A stretch of 64,000 bases of DNA, taken from the NCBI GenBank assembly GCA_951813615.1, contig OX638377.1, positions 3,434,599-3,498,598 of the forward strand, in the 5' to 3' direction. Made by a program: the position numbers and the translations under genes. Under the pieces are notes generated by a model. That model saw only the letters and a list, made by a program, of their open reading frames with translations. It searched no databases and had not been told where the DNA came from. Position 1 is the stretch's first letter, and the number at the start of each line of letters is the position of its first letter. This stretch comes from an uncultured Latescibacterota bacterium (GTDB lineage Bacteria; Latescibacterota; UBA2968; UBA8231). Of this stretch, positions 1 to 9,065 are shown one piece after another.

Positions 1-1
1 C

Positions 2-82
2 GGGCTCGACTTCGACCCGCAGGGCCGACTCTATATCACCGACACGTACAACCACCGCATCCGCCGCGTCGTCTTGCCATGA
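2..82 (+). CDS. NHL-repeat protein, 3' end only (gene begins upstream of the window)
   Basis: Frame +2 reads GLDFDPQGRLYITDTYNHRIRRVVLP-stop. LYxxDxxNHRIRxV is the NHL-repeat signature, also repeated in the next ORF. Its TGA (80-82) overlaps the next ATG (ATGA). Confidence 0.6.
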   Translation, partial: GLDFDPQGRLYITDTYNHRIRRVVLP

Positions 83-1287
83 TCTACCTAGCGCTTTTAC
101 TCATCCTGTCCGCCTGCGGAGAAACGCCCACTGGCCCTAGCACCCCCTACGGACGCATCGAAACCTTTGCTGGCACGGGCGACGCCGGCAAAGGCCCGGA
201 GGAAGCTCCGCTGCTGCAAGCGCTCTTCTACCTGCCACAAGACCTGACCTACGGCCCCGATGGGCGACTCTACATCCTCGACTGGAACAATCACCGAGTC
301 CGCGTCACCACCAAGGCCAGCGTCACCACCCAGACGCGACAGCAGCACCCGCGATACCGAGACAGCGGTACCAAGGCCAGCGTCACCACCTTAATTGGCA
401 CCGGCGAACTCGGCGATGCCCCGGCCGGTCGGGCGCGCGAGATCGGCCTCAACCATCCGACCCACATTTCCTTCGATCCGCTCGGACGCCTGATACTAAC
501 GGCTTGGCACAACTCAATGATCCTGCGCTACGACTTTGCCACCGACTATATCGAGCCGATCTGCGGCACGGGCGAGCGCACCTACAGCGGCGACGGCGGC
601 CCCGCGGCCCTAGCGACGATCAACCTGCCAAGCGCTACCGCCTTCGACCCGCTCGGACGTATGTACATCTCCGATCAGGAAAACCAGCGCATCCGCATGG
701 TCGATACAGACGGCACGATCCACACGGTCGTCGGCACGGGCGAGCCGGGTTTTTCCGGCGACGGGGGTCCCGCTGATCAAGCCCGAATCTACGCGCCGAT
801 AGGCCAAGCGGCCCCTCCTACGAGCCGCATCGCCACCGACGAATTCGGTAATCTCTACCTCGCCGACACCTTCAACAATCGAATCCGCAAGATTGACTAC
901 GCGACCGGCATCATTACCACTATCGCCGGTAACAACGCGCGGGCCATCGGCTCCATCGCCGACTACACCTCCCCACCCGAACCCGGAGACAGCGAAGACG
1001 GGGTCGACGCGCTTGCGGTGTCCCTGTACTGGCCCTGTGACGTGGCCATTGACTCCGAGGGCCGAGTCTTTTTCGCCGATACCTTCAACCACTGCGTCCG
1101 CTACATCGACCTCGACGGCACCATCTACACCGCAGCCGGTCAGTGCGGCAAATCCGGCGATACGGGCGATGGCGGCCATCCGCAGTCCGCCCTGCTCAAC
1201 CGCCCCTACGGCATCGAACTCGACCCCGACGACAATCTCTACATCGCCGATACTCGCAATCATCGCATCCGCCTAGTGCGAAAGTGA
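79..1287 (+). CDS. NHL-repeat (beta-propeller) lipoprotein
   Basis: 402-aa ORF. N-terminus MIYLALLLILSACGE is a signal peptide plus lipobox Cys. LY(I/L)ADxxNHRIRxV and GTGxxGxSGDGGPA motifs recur. Confidence 0.85.
   Translation: MIYLALLLILSACGETPTGPSTPYGRIETFAGTGDAGKGPEEAPLLQALFYLPQDLTYGPDGRLYILDWNNHRVRVTTKASVTTQTRQQHPRYRDSGTKASVTTLIGTGELGDAPAGRAREIGLNHPTHISFDPLGRLILTAWHNSMILRYDFATDYIEPICGTGERTYSGDGGPAALATINLPSATAFDPLGRMYISDQENQRIRMVDTDGTIHTVVGTGEPGFSGDGGPADQARIYAPIGQAAPPTSRIATDEFGNLYLADTFNNRIRKIDYATGIITTIAGNNARAIGSIADYTSPPEPGDSEDGVDALAVSLYWPCDVAIDSEGRVFFADTFNHCVRYIDLDGTIYTAAGQCGKSGDTGDGGHPQSALLNRPYGIELDPDDNLYIADTRNHRIRLVRK
310..390 (+). repeat. Two identical 21-bp direct repeats (accaaggccagcgtcaccacc) 60 bp apart, in frame inside the NHL gene
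   Basis: Read directly at 310-330 and 370-390. They encode TKASVTT...TKASVTT around a 13-residue insert (QTRQQHPRYRDSG) that interrupts an NHL blade. Confidence 0.9.
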
Positions 1288-1294
1288 AGGGCTG

Positions 1295-2095
1295 CTAATC
1301 GTCCAGATTGCCCTGGACTATCACCTCCCCCGCAAATCCCTCGGCCACCATCCGCTCGGCAAAGGCCCACACCTCTGATTGGGGCAGCAGCGCGTTGTTG
1401 CTGATGATCAAATCCGCTCCCACGTGGCCGATGCCGCGCAACCCATCCAAGCTCTGCAGCGCGTCGTTGCCACTAACCTCTAAAAAGTCCCGCACGCTAG
1501 CTAAGTAGTGCAGGCCTTCTAGGCTTTGCAGCGCGTCGTTGAACCAAATGTCCACGCTGCCTTCGATCTCCACGAGGTGTGGCATGTCCGTCAGGGACGC
1601 AAGTGACTCATTGCGGACGAGCGCCAAGCCCCCGCTGACAGAGGCCAAGTTCTCCAGCCCTTTGAGCGAGCGCAGCGCCTTGTTTTCAAAGATCAATAGC
1701 CCTTCCACCACGTGGGCGGCTTTGCCGGCCGCGGGTGTGGGCAAGGGCGGTGATGCATCCGCTGGGCCTAGTCCAGCTCCGACGCTTTCAAGCCCTTCCA
1801 ATCCCGCTAGGCTCTCCAAGTGGTCGTTAAACCAAATCTCGACGCTGCCCTCGACGCGCCTCAGCCCTTCCAAACCCGTTAGCGCAACTAAGCTGCTCCC
1901 GACGATTTGCAAGTCGCCGTCGATGATGTAACTATCTCCCCCCCTTTCCCTAAGGGCCGCGATATCTGCCGGCGACGCAATGACAACGCCCTCTTCCAAG
2001 ACGATCGGAGCTATCGGATCTTTGCCACAGCCTGCCAGCGTGACGAACAACAGCAAGATCGCCCGCTCAAAAATCCCGCGCACACCGGATCCCAA
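1295..2095 (-). CDS. Lipoprotein with leucine-rich (receptor-L-domain / BspA-like) repeats
   Basis: 266-aa ORF with lipobox LLFVTLAGCGKD. A periodic L.SL.GL..L..V.G.L.I..N..L motif occurs at least six times. TTG start at 2095, alternative GTG at 2083. Confidence 0.55.
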   Translation of the reverse strand: MGSGVRGIFERAILLLFVTLAGCGKDPIAPIVLEEGVVIASPADIAALRERGGDSYIIDGDLQIVGSSLVALTGLEGLRRVEGSVEIWFNDHLESLAGLEGLESVGAGLGPADASPPLPTPAAGKAAHVVEGLLIFENKALRSLKGLENLASVSGGLALVRNESLASLTDMPHLVEIEGSVDIWFNDALQSLEGLHYLASVRDFLEVSGNDALQSLDGLRGIGHVGADLIISNNALLPQSEVWAFAERMVAEGFAGEVIVQGNLDD

Positions 2096-2918
2096 TATCT
2101 ATATCAGTCAGTCGCGGATCATAGGCTTCCCGATTCGCCGCGGGCAGAGACTCCTTCTCAAACCACCACGACCCACCCCGCAGCACCCCAAACTCCCCGC
2201 GCAGCGGCCCCTGCGGATTGTCCCGTGGACTTTCTGCATAGTACGTGTCCCCGTACCAATCGGACACCCATTCCCACACGTTACCCGCCATGTCGTGTCC
2301 CCCGTACGGCGACACGCCAGCGGGACGGCTGCCCACCGGCTCGGTCGCTCCGGCGATAAAGCGAAAGTTGGCCTCGTCGCCTTCCAACTCGTATCCCCAA
2401 GGATATATGCGCCCATCGGTTCCGCGCGCGGCCTTCTCCCACTCGGCCTCAGTCGGCAGCCGCAGGCCAGCCCACGCACAATAGTCGAACGCGCTTTGGC
2501 GGTTCACGCAGTTGATGGGATGCGTGTCTTCTATGTCTTTATCCCAATTGCAGTTAGGGGCATAGGCCGGCTCTTCGCAGGCGTCGGCCTCCACGCAGCG
2601 CCGGTACAGTCCTATGGTGACCTCGAATTGGTCGATGTAGTAATCAGAAAGAAAAACTTGGTGCGGCGGCTGCTCGTCCGGGTCGCCCGCATCCCAGCCC
2701 ATCACAAAAAGACCTTCGGGCACGAGGACCATGGCGTGATCGGCTTTGTTGACCTCGGTGACTTCGCTGGGCTCTTCGGCAACTTCGCTGGGTTCTTCGG
2801 TAGCAGGAGCCTCTTCGGGCGAAGTAGGCGCAACTACACGGTCTTCGCTCACCTGCCCCGGGGTCTTTTGGCCGCAACCAAGTGCCAACAGGGCCATGCA
2901 CACCAGTGCGCGACTCAA
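2067..2918 (-). CDS. Formylglycine-generating-enzyme (SUMF1/FGE-sulfatase) family lipoprotein
   Basis: Family motifs NVWEWVSDWY and LRGGSWW, plus an RCA tail. The long ORF (to 3008) would overlap the upstream gene. TTG at 2918 gives (M)SRALVCMALLALGCGQ, a signal peptide plus lipobox. ATG at 2897 is an alternative. Confidence 0.8.
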   Translation of the reverse strand: MSRALVCMALLALGCGQKTPGQVSEDRVVAPTSPEEAPATEEPSEVAEEPSEVTEVNKADHAMVLVPEGLFVMGWDAGDPDEQPPHQVFLSDYYIDQFEVTIGLYRRCVEADACEEPAYAPNCNWDKDIEDTHPINCVNRQSAFDYCAWAGLRLPTEAEWEKAARGTDGRIYPWGYELEGDEANFRFIAGATEPVGSRPAGVSPYGGHDMAGNVWEWVSDWYGDTYYAESPRDNPQGPLRGEFGVLRGGSWWFEKESLPAANREAYDPRLTDIDIGIRCARDF

Positions 2919-2929
2919 CGTGCAACCCC

Positions 2930-4921
2930 TCAGAACACGACCTGCGACACGGCCTTGGAAATCAGTGCAATGGCAATGGACGTCATGCCGATCAGGCCCA
3001 CGCCGCACGAGTACCCGGCCAGCACGATGGGCGCGTACGCGTACCAGCGCTCGGGGCCAAAGCGCTTTTGCAAATAGAAGCGACCCAGCAAGGCACCGAC
3101 GAAGTTGAGGATGGCAAAGTGCGGCCAGCCGCCGAGGCCAGCGACAAAACCATAGAAGATTCCCAGCGGTGCGCTGAGTGCGCTCAGCAGCGCGTACAAT
3201 GCGCCGCTAAAAACCAGCCCAATCCCGATGTAATCCCAGCGAATAATTTGCGTCACCAAGCTCTGGCCTGCACCCGGCAGCGTTGACTTAGCCCAGAACG
3301 CCTGCATGGTAGCGTGGAAGGGCCACATCTTTTGCACGAATGGGTATGCCGAGGAGGGAATCGGCCCTAACTTCCATATCAGCGACCAGAACAGGAAGCT
3401 ACACACGAACATCACAGCCAAGGTCAGAGCCGTCATCTTGACGATGCTGCCAAAGCGGGTGCGCGTCAGCTCTAGCTGCTTGAACACTTGCGCCTCGTAG
3501 CCCCACTGGAAGATCGGCACCGGCGCGAACCAGATCCCAGCCCCTTGGTAGCCGGACAAGTAGAAACTGGCCTCGCGCAGATAGGGAAACGTTACCCCCT
3601 GCGGCGACCCGGTCAGGCCGATCATCCGCGTGCCGATGTACGAGTAGATCGGCGTCCACACAAAGCCGAAGAGCGCGGTGATCCACCAAGGAAAATCGGG
3701 CACCAAATAGTACACCATCAGCACAAAGCCCAGCGTGCTCACCGCCCAGATCCCCAAGGCCATGACAATGCGGATGTCGCCGCGCTCGGGACTAGGTCCC
3801 CGGTCCGCTTCCCGCGCCGAGGCGCGCTCCTTGCTAGCGGCGAGCAAGACCTTGCCCGCCGTATAGAAGCCCACAGCCGCAACTACGATGGCCCCGCCCA
3901 GCGAAAAACTCAGCCAGAAGTCAAAGGTATTGGCGATCTGCGTGGGGATCGACGACATGCCCGGCTCCCAGGTGTGCAGGATGCCGTAGGCATAGAGGAT
4001 GGGGTTGGCGATCAAGTTGACCACAATCGACGAGGCAAACACCCCTACCACGACCCAGAACGGCAGCACGAGGCCAAACAGCACGTGGATTAAATCCGTG
4101 GCCAAGCCGATGACTGCGGCGGGCAAAACCGCCTTTAGCGGCACGGTGAAGTCGATGAAGGGAATCGGCAAAATCGACACGGTCTCGGTCAGAAAAACCG
4201 ACGACAGCGTTGGCACCACCACGTAGAATACGCCCCACACCGCCCCGATAAAGGCCCCGGTGCTGAACACGTGCCAGCGCCAGCCCTCCTGCTTGGCCGA
4301 GGTCTCGGCAAGGGCGGTGGCACCGCCAGCCTGTACATACGCCATGGGAAAGGGCAAACGCTCGATGTCGTGGGTGATGCGGAAGAGCACGTAACCCAAC
4401 GACAGGGCATTGACGCGCTGCAATGCAACGGCGCAGAGGAGAATGACGATGGGCTTGAGCCACGCGCTGTCGAGAAAGCTGCGCTCTAAGAGGGCCTCCG
4501 ACCCACGCGGAGGCACGACCCAAGTTGGAATGTGTTCGGCCAGTCCGTCGGCCTGAGGCGATTGGATCAGATATTGATCCCAAATCAACACGCCGAACGG
4601 GCCACCGAAGAGGTCCGCCCCCGTGCCCAGCTTGCCACCCATCATCACCAAGCCCCCGGCCACCCAGTAGAGAATAATAATCTCCTGAGTCCGCAGGTAC
4701 ACGAAAGTGCGCTTGGCCATCTCGATAAAGAGAATCAGGGTCACCCACTCGGCACCCCCGGCCATGCTCATCCCAGTCACCAGCCCGAGGTAAATCGCGC
4801 CCGGCAGCATTACAAAGCCGACGAAGAGCGCCGCCCACAGGGTCTTTGCATTGAAGCCCGGTTCAAAGGGGGCGTCGGCGGGCATAACCGCGAAGCGCTC
4901 TTGGGCGTTGGCCTGTGACAA
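2930..4921 (-). CDS. Polytopic inner-membrane transporter, OPT (oligopeptide transporter)-like
   Basis: 663-aa ORF that is hydrophobic throughout (more than 12 predicted TM segments by eye). The N-terminal pattern PGAIYLGLVTGMSMAGGAEWVTLILF resembles OPT-family proteins. The family call was not verified by search. Confidence 0.45.
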   Translation of the reverse strand: MSQANAQERFAVMPADAPFEPGFNAKTLWAALFVGFVMLPGAIYLGLVTGMSMAGGAEWVTLILFIEMAKRTFVYLRTQEIIILYWVAGGLVMMGGKLGTGADLFGGPFGVLIWDQYLIQSPQADGLAEHIPTWVVPPRGSEALLERSFLDSAWLKPIVILLCAVALQRVNALSLGYVLFRITHDIERLPFPMAYVQAGGATALAETSAKQEGWRWHVFSTGAFIGAVWGVFYVVVPTLSSVFLTETVSILPIPFIDFTVPLKAVLPAAVIGLATDLIHVLFGLVLPFWVVVGVFASSIVVNLIANPILYAYGILHTWEPGMSSIPTQIANTFDFWLSFSLGGAIVVAAVGFYTAGKVLLAASKERASAREADRGPSPERGDIRIVMALGIWAVSTLGFVLMVYYLVPDFPWWITALFGFVWTPIYSYIGTRMIGLTGSPQGVTFPYLREASFYLSGYQGAGIWFAPVPIFQWGYEAQVFKQLELTRTRFGSIVKMTALTLAVMFVCSFLFWSLIWKLGPIPSSAYPFVQKMWPFHATMQAFWAKSTLPGAGQSLVTQIIRWDYIGIGLVFSGALYALLSALSAPLGIFYGFVAGLGGWPHFAILNFVGALLGRFYLQKRFGPERWYAYAPIVLAGYSCGVGLIGMTSIAIALISKAVSQVVF

Positions 4922-4940
4922 AATTACTCCCCTCGTTTGC

Positions 4941-6593
4941 TCAGTTCTGCACTGACTCGTCGTCCAAATACCGCAGGTGCTCTTCGTACACGTCTATCTG
5001 CTCGGCGTATTTTTGGCGCAAATCCCGCAGATAGCTGTTGAAGAACTCCCGCTCGGCGCGCTCGCGCACATCCCGCTCCACCGAATTCCGCACCCGCTCT
5101 AGCTCTAGGCCGTGGTAAATCTCTGGGTATCGTTCGATGACCCGGAAAACCGAATAGCCCCCCCTCGTTTGGATCGGCCCTTGGAGCTGGTTCAGTTCGG
5201 TGTTCATCACCGCGTTCATCCAAACCTCCCCCAAAAAAGGAGCCTGTGATTCGGAGACGTACAGGAGACCATCTTCGGCGTTGCGGCGTCGGCTGTGAGC
5301 GCGGGCCAACTCCGACCACTCGGCACCCTCCTCAATCTGAGCCGCGATCTGGCGTGCCTCATCTGGGGTCGCGAGTAAAATTTCCTCTAATTGCGCGTGA
5401 GGGGGGCTGCGGAAACGGTGCTTGTGCTCCTCGTAGAAGGCCTGCAGCTCGTCTTCCGTCGGCGTGGGAGCCTCAGCCAAGATCTGCTCGCGCAGTTTCA
5501 TCAGCATCAGGTTGCCCAACGCTAGTTCATGCGACCGCGCGAAAGCCTCGGTTTTATCGAGGCCCTTGCGCCGGGCGTCGTGGGCCATAATGCGGGTGGG
5601 AAAGTGGCTCTCAGAGAGTTTCTCGTTGACGGAGTCTGCTGTGGCTTCCAACCACAGGCGGCCCGATGGCCGCACGGCCTCTAATACCTCTGCCACGTCC
5701 ATCTGCAAGCCCTCGAAAGCATAGACCGGGTGCTGGCGCTGAGCCTCGTCCAAGTCCGCGTAGCTAACCGAGCCCTGTAAGACGCTGACCACTATATCCA
5801 TGCCCTCGGCGTCAAAGACCGTGTCCAAATCCCACTTGAGGTGCCGCAGGTACGATTCGCGCAGTTGCTTTTGCTGCTCGTCGCCGAGTGCCTCGCGGAT
5901 GCCATCCTCGACCTCGATCAATTCTGCGCGGCGGCGCTCTCCCACTTTGGCGATGACGAATCCTCCGTGCAAGGGGAGCGGCTCAGTCACGCCGCCCTCG
6001 GGCAGGGCGAAGACCGCTTGTGCTAGGTCACGGGGGCTGTCGAAGGGCGAATAGGCCAGTCGCCGAATTTCGCCGGTATTCATGCCGTAATAGGGATCGG
6101 CGGCGAACTGACGACCAGCTTCCGCAAAGTCCCCGCCCTGCGCCAAAAGCGCCTGCACCTGACGCGCTTGTTCCCGGTTAGGCACAAAAATCTCCATGGT
6201 GGTGACTTTTTCCCCCCACCCCGGCCGCGCGTAGCCTTTTTCGATATCTTCCTCAGTAACTGAGACCTTGGCCGTGACGTTGCGCTGCATCATTGCGTCA
6301 GCTAGGGCCTTGGTTTCGCGCTCGGCGAGTTCAGCTAAGACCGTTTCGTCGTGCTGCAAACCCCGCTCATTGGCCGCCAAAAGCAACACCTCGCGGTCAA
6401 TGAGCGTTTGCAAGTTGTCCCGGTGCTGCACGCGCATGGTGGCCGTTTCGAGATTGGCCTCAAAGGTGCGCAGATCGGGCGCGGTAATCTCGACCTCACC
6501 AACCTTGGCCAGCAGATCGGCATTGTCTGGTCGCTTCTCGCCACAGCTAATGCAGGCCCCGACTAGCAGCCCAACCAACAGCAGTTTGTGCAT
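4941..6593 (-). CDS. SurA-like peptidyl-prolyl isomerase with two parvulin (PpiC) domains, lipoprotein
   Basis: Two PpiC-type segments are present (...GGDFAEAGRQFAADPYY...GGFVIAKV and ...GAEWSELARAHS...GGYSVFRVIE). ATG at 6593 gives MHKLLLVGLLVGACISCGE. The ORF track extends to 6647. Confidence 0.75.
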   Translation of the reverse strand: MHKLLLVGLLVGACISCGEKRPDNADLLAKVGEVEITAPDLRTFEANLETATMRVQHRDNLQTLIDREVLLLAANERGLQHDETVLAELAERETKALADAMMQRNVTAKVSVTEEDIEKGYARPGWGEKVTTMEIFVPNREQARQVQALLAQGGDFAEAGRQFAADPYYGMNTGEIRRLAYSPFDSPRDLAQAVFALPEGGVTEPLPLHGGFVIAKVGERRRAELIEVEDGIREALGDEQQKQLRESYLRHLKWDLDTVFDAEGMDIVVSVLQGSVSYADLDEAQRQHPVYAFEGLQMDVAEVLEAVRPSGRLWLEATADSVNEKLSESHFPTRIMAHDARRKGLDKTEAFARSHELALGNLMLMKLREQILAEAPTPTEDELQAFYEEHKHRFRSPPHAQLEEILLATPDEARQIAAQIEEGAEWSELARAHSRRRNAEDGLLYVSESQAPFLGEVWMNAVMNTELNQLQGPIQTRGGYSVFRVIERYPEIYHGLELERVRNSVERDVRERAEREFFNSYLRDLRQKYAEQIDVYEEHLRYLDDESVQN

Positions 6594-6681
6594 AAAAAGA
6601 GGAGCTAGACGGAAGGTCCAGCTCCTCGCAATGAGATATCCTACCATGCTGTACTATCCAGATGCGGAGCAACGCCAGGAC

Positions 6682-7449
6682 TTAACCCGACCCGCCCGCA
6701 CTGGCCTTTTCCCTCGTTCCTTGGTCCACCGCAAAGCGAAACTCGACGTCGATGGTCTCTTCCGGATTGCCGCTGGCGTCAAACGAAAGCACGAATTCGT
6801 GGAATGTGAGCAGCAACTCGTCGTTTTCTGGCAGCAACGGGTCGAAGACCAACATGCCTTTTTGATTGCTATCGCGGAAGATCGGTCGCTGGCGGTGAAA
6901 GACCGTCTTGTAGATAATGCCCATGCGCTCCAAGTTGATTTCGCGTTCGTTACCCGAAGTGCCGAGCTCCATTCTGTAGTACTTGGTGAAGCTATTGCCC
7001 CCCAGTACGATCGCCCCCTCGCGCCCAGGATCGTAGTAGCGATAGGTCTCGCCGCCCGATTCCATGGTCGCCTTGGCCGGATCGAATTCGATCTTGGCAT
7101 AGGTTTTGTTTATGACCTCGACCTCAAAGACCGTGAACTGCGGCGGAATATAGCCCTTTTCAGGATCGATCTTGTCTCGGGTGTAGGGGTTGACGTGGCG
7201 ACCATCGTACAGAGGTGGGAATCGCTCGTTGAGCTCGGGGTCACTCAGGTGCCGGACCCTAATCAAAAGCCCCTCTTTGCTAAAGACCATCGAGCTGTCG
7301 TCTGGGTCGATGGTGTAATCGCCGCGGCCCTCGGGCAGGATGGGCATCACGTGTAGGTCGTACTCGAGTTGGGGCGGCACCAGCCCTCCACAACTCCAGA
7401 CTAGCCCGAGCACCACTAAGCCGACGAGCACCATATACCTCGTTCTCAT
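6682..7449 (-). CDS. Lipoprotein of unknown function, paralog of 18490..19269
   Basis: 255-aa ORF with lipobox LGLVWSCGG. It shares with the 259-aa ORF the P(I/V)LP(E/D)G..Y.IDP.DSS.V(F/W)S..G..(I/V).V motif and the (F/W)TVFEV.VIN.T block. Confidence 0.6.
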   Translation of the reverse strand: MRTRYMVLVGLVVLGLVWSCGGLVPPQLEYDLHVMPILPEGRGDYTIDPDDSSMVFSKEGLLIRVRHLSDPELNERFPPLYDGRHVNPYTRDKIDPEKGYIPPQFTVFEVEVINKTYAKIEFDPAKATMESGGETYRYYDPGREGAIVLGGNSFTKYYRMELGTSGNEREINLERMGIIYKTVFHRQRPIFRDSNQKGMLVFDPLLPENDELLLTFHEFVLSFDASGNPEETIDVEFRFAVDQGTREKASAGGSG

Positions 7450-7480
7450 AAAATTGCAACTCCCTTTTTGCTAGCTGTCG

Positions 7481-7900
7481 TCAATTGGTTGGTTCCTCGG
7501 TTTCAATGTCGATCTGTGCTACTCCCGCTATAGTCGCCATTTCCATCGCGTCGATGATATGGCCGTGCGCGGCATCGGCATCCGCGGTGATAATCAATGT
7601 CGATGAGCCGGTGCGGACCTTTTCGCGCTCTAGCCAACTTGCGAGCTGCCCCATGGCCACTAGCTGCCCGTTGATCTCAAGCTGACCCTCGCTCGAAATG
7701 CGCAGATTCAGCTTCTTCTCAGACTTGATCTGGTCGTAATGGACCGAATCGGGCAGCTCGATCTTGAGCTGGGTAGCCTTGACGAAGACCGTGGTGGTCA
7801 TAAAGAAGATCAGCAGCAGGAATACCGCGTCTATCATCGGCGTTAGATTCAGTTCAAATTCGCCGGCTTTTTCGGCCAGCGACTGTCTCCGTTTAGCCAT
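7481..7900 (-). CDS. exbD: ExbD/TolR-family biopolymer transport protein
   Basis: MAKRRQS...ELNLTPMIDAVFLLLIFFM is a single TM segment followed by a periplasmic domain, typical of ExbD. ATG at 7900 is preceded by GGAGAAGGA and avoids overlap with the upstream gene. Confidence 0.9.
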   Translation of the reverse strand: MAKRRQSLAEKAGEFELNLTPMIDAVFLLLIFFMTTTVFVKATQLKIELPDSVHYDQIKSEKKLNLRISSEGQLEINGQLVAMGQLASWLEREKVRTGSSTLIITADADAAHGHIIDAMEMATIAGVAQIDIETEEPTN

Positions 7901-7904
7901 GCCG

Positions 7905-8324
7905 CTATCCTTCTCCGCTCTTGGCGAAAGCGATGGCTTCAATGCCCTCGCCGCGGGCGATGTCCATCACCTGCACCACATAGGAGTGAGGTATTGAACG
8001 CGCGGACTCTAAGATCACGTTCTTGGTGTTGTCGGCCTCGATGACTTGGCGGATCTTTTCCGCCAAGCTCTCCTTATCCGTGACCTCGCCGTTGACTTGG
8101 ATCGTCTGATCCGGGTCAATCACGATGTTCATGTCCTTGGTCGCTCGCGACTCACCCTCGCCGCCCGGCAGATCTACGCTCAGGCCCTTGGGGTTGACGA
8201 AGGTAGTCGCCACCATAAAGAAAACCAATAGCAAGAACATGCAGTTGATAAGCGGTGTCAGATCCGGATTCTCCGAGGTCTTGAAGGCGCTTTTGCCGAA
8301 TCCGCTCTTTCGTCTTTGCCGCAT
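7905..8324 (-). CDS. exbD: ExbD/TolR-family biopolymer transport protein (second copy)
   Basis: 139-aa ORF. PDLTPLINCMFLLLVFFMV is the TM segment, and the periplasmic domain is ExbD-like. Confidence 0.9.
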   Translation of the reverse strand: MRQRRKSGFGKSAFKTSENPDLTPLINCMFLLLVFFMVATTFVNPKGLSVDLPGGEGESRATKDMNIVIDPDQTIQVNGEVTDKESLAEKIRQVIEADNTKNVILESARSIPHSYVVQVMDIARGEGIEAIAFAKSGEG

Positions 8325-8342
8325 CGCAGCGTCTCTTTCTGC

Positions 8343-9017
8343 CTAGCTGGCCTCCCGCTGGCTGGCTTGGAAGCGCACCAACAGGGTATTGGCAAAGGCG
8401 TGGCAGTATAGCTCCACGCTCTTGAAGACCTTTTCCGCGCGGCCGGAGAGGTAGCGGTGGAAGATGATGGTCGGAATGGCGACGATGAGGCCACTGGCCG
8501 TAGTAATCAGGGCCTCGGAGATGCCGCTGGCCACGGCCGCCGGATCGCCGGCCCCAGCGCGGGCAATCGCGTCAAACGCGTTAATCATACCCATGATCGT
8601 GCCCAACAACCCCATCAGCGGGGAGAGGACGCCAATGGTTCCCAGCGCGTTGAGCAGACGACCGAGATACATCTCACCGGCCTCCTCAGTGGCCAAGATC
8701 AACTCCTGACGCATGTCCTCTAGGTCCGTGCGATTTTCCAGCACTAAGGTATCGTAGCGCTTCACCAAGGCGGCGAAGATGAAGTTGAGTACGCCACTGC
8801 CCTGCCGGAATAGCTCGACGGCTCCGCCTTCGCCTTGGCTTTTGAGCACTTCCTCGGCCTCGTTCAGCTGCTGTTCGGCCTCCTCTTCGCCCGGGACCGC
8901 CAGCAGGCGCCACAGCCGTTCGATGATGATGGCTAGGGCAATCAGCAAGCAGAGCAACAGGGGCCACATAATAGGCCCGCCTTTGAAAAACTGGTCAACT
9001 AAAAAATTCTGCTCCAT
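8343..9017 (-). CDS. exbB: MotA/TolQ/ExbB proton-channel protein
   Basis: 224-aa ORF with three TM segments. The conserved C-terminal core is LGLLGTIMGMINAF....A.....VASGISEALITTASGLIVAIP. GGGAGG RBS. Confidence 0.9.
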   Translation of the reverse strand: MEQNFLVDQFFKGGPIMWPLLLCLLIALAIIIERLWRLLAVPGEEEAEQQLNEAEEVLKSQGEGGAVELFRQGSGVLNFIFAALVKRYDTLVLENRTDLEDMRQELILATEEAGEMYLGRLLNALGTIGVLSPLMGLLGTIMGMINAFDAIARAGAGDPAAVASGISEALITTASGLIVAIPTIIFHRYLSGRAEKVFKSVELYCHAFANTLLVRFQASQREAS

Positions 9018-9065
9018 TACAACCTCCCGGTATTGTGTCCTGCTTTGCGCTGCGTTGAAAGCTCG

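Noticed and set aside
2882-2903. Other TGGCAC-containing sites examined as sigma54 promoters. These are 2882-2903(-), 4262-4280(-), 171-190(+), 27957-27975(+) and 32494-32512(+).
   Set aside because: They have wrong GG-GC spacing (N9 or N11) or lack a TTGC-like -12 element. All lie inside coding sequence with no gene start downstream.
1980-3077. Long ORFs antisense or out of frame to well-supported genes. Examples: 1980..3077(+), 6268..7356(+), 9537..10565(+), 16032..17492(+), 30250..31044(-), 42717..43592(+) and 62460..63785(+).
   Set aside because: They overlap genes with clear family motifs on the other strand or frame. They are Arg/Pro/Ala-rich with no motifs, RBS or signal logic. Such ORFs are the expected by-product of high GC and stop-codon depletion.
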